A DNA stretch of 64,000 bases from Phoronis australis. Taxonomy: Eukaryota; Animalia; Phoronida. The stretch is taken from contig NMRA01000391.1 in NCBI GenBank assembly GCA_002633005.1, positions 236,159 to 300,158 of the forward strand, given 5' to 3'. A program made the position numbers and the translations under genes. Of the stretch, positions 40,001 to 49,000 are shown in pieces. The notes under the pieces are model-generated. The model did no database searches and was not told where the DNA came from. It saw nothing but the letters and a program-made list of their open reading frames with translations. Every line of letters starts with the position of its first letter. Position 1 is the first letter of the stretch.

Positions 40001-43000
40001 ACCTTGTGAGACATAAAGGAGACAAAATATTACTTTCACAATTTTGGGTGTGTGAAATGAAGTGAGTGTGCTAAATAAGTGTAGAATTATCGAAGTAAAA
40101 TGGATTTTGTTATTTTACAGGACAATACAAAATTGCCATTGGAGAACAGTAGCAAAAAACCCTTTGTGACTGCAAAATTGAATGTACTATGCAATCAATA
40201 ATTAATCAACAACAATATGATGTCATAGGTTCCATTTGATCAATTTAGCCAGTTCTGCCAGGTGAATCAGTAAACTAAGACATCTTATTGGCTTGTAAGT
40301 CGGAAGTTGTCATCAAAAACTAATCAAATGTCATAGCCGGTTGACCTACCAGAACCGGCGAAGTCAATCCAGTGCAACCAATGTCATTATCTACCGTTCA
40401 CGCAACCTGGCCATGACAAGTGAACATGACATATGCTGTCAATGTTAGCTATATAATATATTGACCATATAAAATGCATGTGTCTGGCAGCACATGCCAC
40501 AAGACATCTATTTTTTTAAAATTGCCTATGAATGGTTCAAATGAAATGTATAAATAGAAAATTAACATACTTTTTATTGTGCCCTGTAAAATGCAAAAAC
40601 ATGACGCAGTCTCAAATAATTAGTAATACACGGATAATAACTCCAGAGATAATAATTATATGGAATAGTGTTTCCACAAAGTGGCATTTCAAATAAAATT
40701 ACTGTTCAGTTTTTATGGTTTTTGTTGTTGTTGTTGTTGTTGGTGGAATGTCCTACCCAACAACAAACTAATATCATCCAGTTCATTCTCTGCGACCGTT
40801 CCTGATGTGTTCATAGTATTTTGGTGAAGACCAAAACTGCTATCCACATTATTACTATGTGCCAATTGATTGACATTCTCTGAACTGTCACCACCTTGCA
40901 GAATAATAACATGCTGTGCGCCGGAGGAGTCTGTTACGCGATAGTGGACGGACTGCTGAGTTGCATTTGCCAGGGCAGATTCATTTATAGATATCTCAGC
41001 ACAGTCTGTAATGGTAGCTGAAGCGGTAGTTGTGACATGGGTGGGGTGCTTAGATAGTGATATCATAGCTTCTGCCTGCTCTCTAATGTCGTAATGTCGT
41101 TGAGATCGCCGCTTTTTTATACCACAGACAATGTGGCTAATTTTACGCTTAGATGGAGTCTGTGACGGTCCTTTGATGCCTGATCTACTCAATGCGTCAT
41201 GTATTTGTGACGTCGTAGCCTTGTCAGCATGTGACACAATGACATCACGCATGTCTTCGTCAATTCGTAATGACTGGCTGTGAGGTGGTAGCCACATGAC
41301 ATTGTCTTCCGCTGGTACGTGACTGCCCGTGATCCAAACACGCCACATGGATGTGTCGCTGATGAACATTTTGAGATTAACCAAAACACTGCAGTTGTGA
41401 CGGTCCTGTTTGTGAAGCATTCCTTTACAACCTGCAAGGGACAGCCCCACTTCAGACTTGTAAGTCAAACTGTGTCAGTAGACAGCGACAGTATTAGGTT
41501 TTTGAACGTACACGTAACAAAAGACGGTCAAAGTACATGGTCAAAAGTCTATGAGCATGGCACTTACAAGAAAAAAGAAAATAAACAACAACTTCGCAAA
41601 CCTTAACTTGTATTAAACAATAGCATTAAAATGTTAAAACACATTATAACAATAATAAAAGTGAAATTTTATTTTAAAGTAACACAAAACAAATGCTTTA
41701 TCATTTTTACAATCTATTCTGTAGCAACTGTCAGACAGTGTTTCGAGAAATTGTAGGCATTAACAACATTTTAACATTACAGATTTTTTAAAAGTCTAAA
41801 AATTAAAGAAATGTTTTGGCAGTTATTTTGTCCGAAAGTGGTGACATTGTAGTACTAGTACTCACCTGGCAAACACCGGCCATAACCACCGCACCTCCTC
41901 CTACAGTTGCCATGGCCAGGACACCACAAATACCAGTTAACCACATATTCATCCTTACACAAGCCTTGCTGTACTTTGGCCAGCTTGTCTCGTCCTGAGT
42001 CAGTCAACACAAAGTTATCATCCAAACGGTTGCGTTCATGAATAGCATTTCCCCTCTGCCAACTGCCTTTGTCAATGGCAGACTGACATCTTTCTACACT
42101 GACGTAATCTTTCTTAACTTCCCGCTTGCCTCGATTCAACACAACATCTTTAATTAGAGAGTGTGAGTAAAGAAACTGCTTCAACTCCCACCCAGGGGGA
42201 ACATGGACAACTTCCCCAGGGTCTTTGATTCTTGTTCTGAACACTCTGGATGGACATACTGATTTATTTGTACTGGGGGGCGCTAGTGTTCTGTCTTCAG
42301 TTCTTTCACTGGTCTCTTTCTCATGGCATGTGTACACGTCCACACACACACAGCTTGCAGCTTCTCTGTCATCTACAACTGAGATGTAGTCTGAAGAAAC
42401 TTCGCCAGCACTGTGCTCCTGCGTGAGGATCCTCTCCCCACTGCCAGTCTCAAACGAACTCTGCTTAGAGCTGGCTTGACCAGCCGTCAACTCTCTCAAC
42501 CTCTGCCTTGTGATTACTGTTGATGTATTCAAGTTCTCAGAAAGGCAAGGACCACTGTCGAATTCCTTTTCTGTCTCATCACTAATAGCATTGCAAGTAG
42601 TTCCACCATTACCACCACCAGTGGCAGCACTAGTGCTTGCGACTGTTTCTTTACTCATTGCAGTCTGTGCACCCTGGCAGATAAAAAACTGTCTGTTAAG
42701 GACTCGTATTGTACCCACTGTTAATTCCTCCACAAACCATGAGTCTTGAACAGTAGCTTTAGCCAGCACCATCTTCTACCCTTACTCTCCAGCAGTTGTG
42801 TACACAACATGCATAATTCTTTCACAGACTAGGACCCCAAGAACTAACTTCACACATTCAAGATCTTCCTAAAAATTTCTACATAATATTGTTCTCAATG
42901 GAAATGAGTTGTACTCCACAATTAAAGCTAAGAATGATGACTTCTACATGCGACATTGAATACACCTAACATGAACCTGAGTTCACAATGAGATGAAAAG

Positions 43001-46000
43001 TCATTCAAGTTTATGTTTGAATTAAGTTTTAGTTTGGCAATTAAATCACGGGCTGACAACATTTTCAAACTCAGACTTTGCTACATACATTGTAATGTTT
43101 CTCAATATTTTATTAACATTTAGTCTTATCTAATTTTGTACTCTGTGACTATCAAGCCAGTACCAGATGGATATGTCATGACAATAAATCTATGTAACAA
43201 CCATTATAACTATACTTTATTTCATTACTAACAATCTCTCATGTTAGCAGTACTTATTGAGAAAAGTACATTACAAGTATTTAACACCATGATTTAACAC
43301 AGACAGCACCTAATGGGCCGCGGCTCTCTATTTTCACTTCCTGGGACCAACTTCAATGAAGAAAATATGTTTTATCAAAAAATAACATATTACCAACTAA
43401 TTTCTTACAAGGCCGAGTTTCATCAGCCAGTGACAATTGCCATCAATGAAAGCCAACAATAGGCAGCCTACAACGCTCAACAATGCAAGCCATCAGTAGG
43501 CAGCCTACAACACCCAACCATGCACGCCATCAGGAGGCAGCCTACGTCTCTCTGCATACTTACGGATTTGTGATGACCCTGGACAGCCTTATGTGTTGCA
43601 GAAACATTTTCCTTGTTGCCACGGAGTAGGTCAACTGCATGAGGTATAACTGGAGCAACAAATTCCAGACATTCCTAAAAAAGCCAAAAGACTCAAAATC
43701 AAGTCAACATCTGCATCAATTCATACCACAAGGGATGGACACATTTCCATGACTACGCTTCTAACTTCCGGCGATGATTCAATCTTCAGTCCCAGACCAG
43801 CAGAAACTAAGTTAAAAATCCCCAGATCTGCACTGCTGAACTTCACACGTGCACTAAAAATGGTCCTTACTTGGTGACCTAACTCCACCTTGGAGGCCAG
43901 ATTCCATGGCTGCGTCTAGGGTCCACAGCTGAAATTTAGAAACGCGGCTTTGGAGCATTTTTGTTGTAAGTGGAGTGAAAGATGTGTCTGGGGATTTGTA
44001 TCATGGGTTAGGCATCTACAATTCTGGGACTGGAGTTTGGAGATGCAATTGTGGAATTGTTTCCACACATTGACATCGGACCTCGGACCATTGAGTACTT
44101 CAGGTCAGCAGTTAATGTCTTCTCTTGTTTTGTCAACTACATTCATTGTACTCTCACCTGCATCTTAAATTTTTCTGTGACTTCATTTATTTATAACCCC
44201 TCAATTAAGACAGTCACAGCAAAAGACCATAAACAGAGACCTAAAATACTCCTGCCAAGGATTTTGAATACAGTTAAGTGGAAGCAGTCCTGCTGTGGAT
44301 TTGTCGCGTGAGATGACTAGACAAGCAAAGGCAACAGCACCAGTGTCTGTAAACATTATCTTAGACCAAATGCTAAGCATTAACAGAAAAAAAATATGGC
44401 CTAGGTGGCTACGCATTCTCCAACCACTCTCAAAACGAGTTCGATGACTACTTACACATAAGAAGGTTCTCAGGAGTATCAATCAGAAGTTTTGTGCAAT
44501 GGGCCCAATTTTGTGTCTTGCATATACCTGATGGAATTCAGACATTGGATTTTCTTGAAACTTTCACCAAAAAGAGACCATGGGATTATTAATTAAGTAG
44601 CATCACCTATTTATGCCAATTTTTATGTCCACCCCATATTACCACATTAAAACGTAGCCCTACCACCTATCAATCCCAGACAAAGTCCAGCAAAATACCT
44701 GAGCTCCCTTTTTGCTTCCTGGCAAGTTTATGATGAGAGTATTCCCTCTCATTCCACACACAGGCCTGCAAATGGTGGAACAGTCACAATCAGCGAGTAC
44801 ATTCACTAACATGACATTGGTGTGTCAACAGTGTAACCCAGTGATAACAACAAAAACATATATGCTACAGCATCCTTTGGTAACCATAACTATTGGTCAC
44901 TAAACACAAAACTGGTGGCTGCCCACAGGTACTCTCATTACTTGGCTATGCAGAGCATGCCTCCAAATGGGTTCATTTTTCACCAAACCAACCATGACAT
45001 AGTTATTATATTATCCTGCATCAATGTAACTTTCTGCAAAAATTCCTATAGGAGGCTCGAAATTTTCAGAAAAAATCACAAATTAAACAATTTAACCATC
45101 TGGTAAACACCTGAGTAATAATGATGTTTCCACAAACTGTACAACTAGGCCATTTGGTTGGTATATAGGTAAAGATACTTACCTGGATAGGGCTGCCATG
45201 GGTGTTACTTCCAGCGACCCTTTTAACATGGTCAGGATGAGGCCCATAGCCTCACGCTCAATCACCTCCTTTGTGGCCTAAAATAATGAGAAGACATTAA
45301 GGTACAAACGCGAATTAATAAACAAGTTGTCTTTCACTCATTCCCCACACACTGAGATACAATTATAATCATTTAATGCTAACTATAGGCAGATAAGATG
45401 ATACAAATTCATTATCAAATAATTGTTTGCCACAGCATTCCCACTCCTACCTAACTGCAGTGACAGGTCTGGCTGCTTGGAGGAGGCATTGGCCAAAGAT
45501 CAAAACTTTGATACCAGACAACAAGTCAAAATGCCCTTCTCTGGGTAGTCCACTATTCTACACAAACCACCTAGGTGTTCTCATTGCCAGCATTCTATAT
45601 TCACGAATACATTTTTCTCGCACAAGCTGCAGGTTAATAGTCAGATAGAATGTGCCTACATTTTAAGGACCAGTTTTCTCCACAGGCATCAAACTGGTTC
45701 TTGAAATGTAGGCATGTTATATCTCACTATCGCCCATTTTTCTCTCAGCAACAGCCTCATCCCCAAGCCTTAAGATGGCGCTGAACGGTTTAGCAATTTG
45801 AGGCTTTATGGGAAATCAAAAGTGTCAGAATTCTGACACATTTTTACGGAAATCGACGGAATATCACAAGTAACATAACTTTGATATTTTCTGCAGTATG
45901 ATATAAAAATGAAAATTAATGGTGTATTGCAGCAGTTTAGGTCTAAATATTGCAAAAATGATGTATTTTGATTCAAAAAACAGATTAATTTCTACGACAC

Positions 46001-49000
46001 TATTAATAAAATTTTAAAAAGAATTGAAAATAAGTACGCGGAGAACCTTTATTTCAAACAATAACCAAAACAATGCCTTCTGCTTCATGAATGGCAGTAA
46101 CAATGCCTGTGAAAATAATTAAAACCTGCCTTTGTTTTAATGACGTCAAGACAGCGGCCAATCATTGTGCAGAAACCAATTCCTATAACCAAGCCTCAAA
46201 TGACTAAACCGATCAGCGCCATCTTGAGGCTTGGGGACAAGGCTGTGTCTAGCATAGACAAGGAAATAGAGGTTTTGTCAAATTTTGTGATTTTTGATAC
46301 CTTTTTTGAGCCTCTATTCCTTTTTCAGCGAATTTCAAAGTCAAAGGCCAAAAATGTGATGCAGAATAAAGTTTCCATGGTGACGCATAGCGGTTATGAT
46401 GTGAAACGACTCACTGAGAACTGCATAATGCAGTGCCTCCTCAAACTTACCTCTGGAGTGACATCTCTTGGTGAGAAGCCAGTGCCACCTGTTGTCAATA
46501 TCAGATCCAAGTGATTCTTATCAGACCACTGAAGTAACACGTCCTAAGAGTGATATAAAATGATAGGTGATGAGGCAACCGAATAAGAATATACAAGAAG
46601 GGAAAGATTAATATTAAAGCATAGGTTAAGTAATGGAGTGAAGGTTTCCATGCAGATTCTGTATCCATTGACCTGCAAGATTTCTAAACTTCTTGGACAC
46701 TAAAACATCACAACAAAGATTACACCAGTCTGTCAACAGATGTCAAGGAATAACCTTTGAAAGCAGGAAACGATTGGCAAAAATTAATTTGTGAAGTTTC
46801 CAACAGTGAAACCCCACAAAAGGTTCCAAGCATTGCAAATTTTTCGTAGCACTCTCTCTCTCTCTTGATGTTCATGAAATATTTTGAACTTGAATGCATT
46901 TAAAGTTGTTATAAACTAGCTTTTGATTTAGACCATTTACCTGACTAAGAGATTAATTTCAAATCATTTCTTAGTCAAATTCGAGGTAATTTCAGGGTTT
47001 CAAAAGATCTGACAGTTTTTTGCTTAAGACCCGGCATGTTCTTAATGAATAATTAATTGTCAGTTCTTTACAAGCCTAGAAATCACCTTTCATGTGAGTA
47101 AGTAACAAGTTGAGACCAGTTAATATATCAAGTGGTCTAACTCAAAGTCCGCTTTTTTGACAGAATACGAATTCACTTTAAAAAATGTATAATTAAACAT
47201 GGATCAAAGTTAATTTGAACAGATAACATTAATTATCAGTGCCAATATGTGACAATACTCCAAGTGTGGAAGGTACACTAATTAGAAGACAACAACAAAA
47301 GAACAAGACAGTACCTAAAACGATCACAAATGATAATCATGATTACCTTGATCTTCGGTACTTCATCAGGTACAATGGCTCGTTGACTGACCACTCCATT
47401 TAACCTATGAACAGAATTCCAACATTGAACTAGATCACAAGAATGTAACACTTTGCTGGCAAAAGAACACCAGTCCAATAATAAAAAGAGTGAATTAAAA
47501 TAATAAACATCAGCCCAATTGTGAAGTCCCTACTAACAGACTTATGGTACTTTAGGCAATGAAGTTATGTTTTTTTCACAATCTTTATGCTCAGGGTTCT
47601 CCATTTCCCAAAATTAAGATGGGAATGTAGTTATTAAGCACCTAAAGGGCATGCAAACAAACCACTGAAGGTCGTTTGGGGATAGATAGGGAAAGGGCAT
47701 TACATACCATTACCTTGGACTGTTAAAACCAAGAAATTACCAACATCACGATCTGATCTAGCATCACGTTTGATTAAACTTGACAAACAAGCGTATTGTT
47801 TTAGCACACAATGCTGTGGTAGTAAGTGGGTCAGAGCTTACAGTCACACAAAGGAATCAGCAGATGAAAGTTAAGTCTAATTTCTCTGACAGTCAACCGT
47901 TTTTCTGGTGACAGTATTTCACAAAAAAACACATCTTCTTCAGGACATCTGTTGAACGTCATTTGGAAATTTAAATATCTGTTGGCGTCAGTTTATCACG
48001 ATAAATAAAGTTAACTTCTTCAACTCACAGCTTTTTATTGGTGATAAGATGCTTCAAGTTAGGCCCACTCTTGTCTTCACAGTTTCCAAGAAAGCAAGTG
48101 TCGCTAACTGCAAAATGAACATGAAATTTGCAATATGATACACGCAACACATGCAGATCATAGTTCGTTAGGATTTACCTGTAAAAAAATGTTTAAGTAT
48201 TACAACTAAGTTCTATCCTGTTAGAAACTCAGCCAATTTCACTCCACTTTGTACAGTACTTCATCAATAGATTTGTACAATAACTGCTGGCATCATAACT
48301 TCTATTGAGCACCGATCTGAGTTGCTTTTGTGTGGAGCAGGGCAAGTGAGTTTGAAGCACAAGAACACTGTCTAGCAGCAATAAATTGTAATGCTGTACA
48401 ATGAAGCAGTTGATATTTTAATTGCGTATCTTCTGTACTTGAATTCTTCAAGAAAAGTTACGTAAGGATCACATTTCCCTGAACAATACGATAAAAATTA
48501 GCCAGAAACGATGTACGCTTGGATTCTGCATGTTGACCGGTACTTCAATCGTGACAAACGTCAACAATACTATAGTTCCACAAGTTCACTTCACATGCGC
48601 TCTATAAACTATACAGTGTGCGACATGATGCACACATGCGACAAGTGCCTTCTGAGCACAAGGCACGTGACATGCAACAAAACATTCATGTGGAGAATTT
48701 CTCGCTTACACTGGTCACCGCTTGGATTCCCTAAGCCCCAGACAACATTTATGGAGCCTATTCAGCTCGCCCTTTGTATTGACGAGATGTGAGCTAATGA
48801 AGTGGAAAGGTAATAGCTAGCACTACTTTCTTAACAATGGTGGTTGTTACTACACCCAAATTGTTATTCTCTGGCATTTGTACAGAGTTAAAGGCTGCAA
48901 TGTGGAGAGCAGTTTTAACTTGGTACATTTTAAATATTACAAAAAAAAACTAAAAAGTTAATTTGCGTTGATCTTGACAAAGGGCCACTTCTCAAAGGAA

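Noticed and set aside
42931-42984. C/D-box snoRNA (ATGATGA…CTGA)
   Set aside because: Only ~50 nt, weak terminal stem, and antisense to the host transcript.
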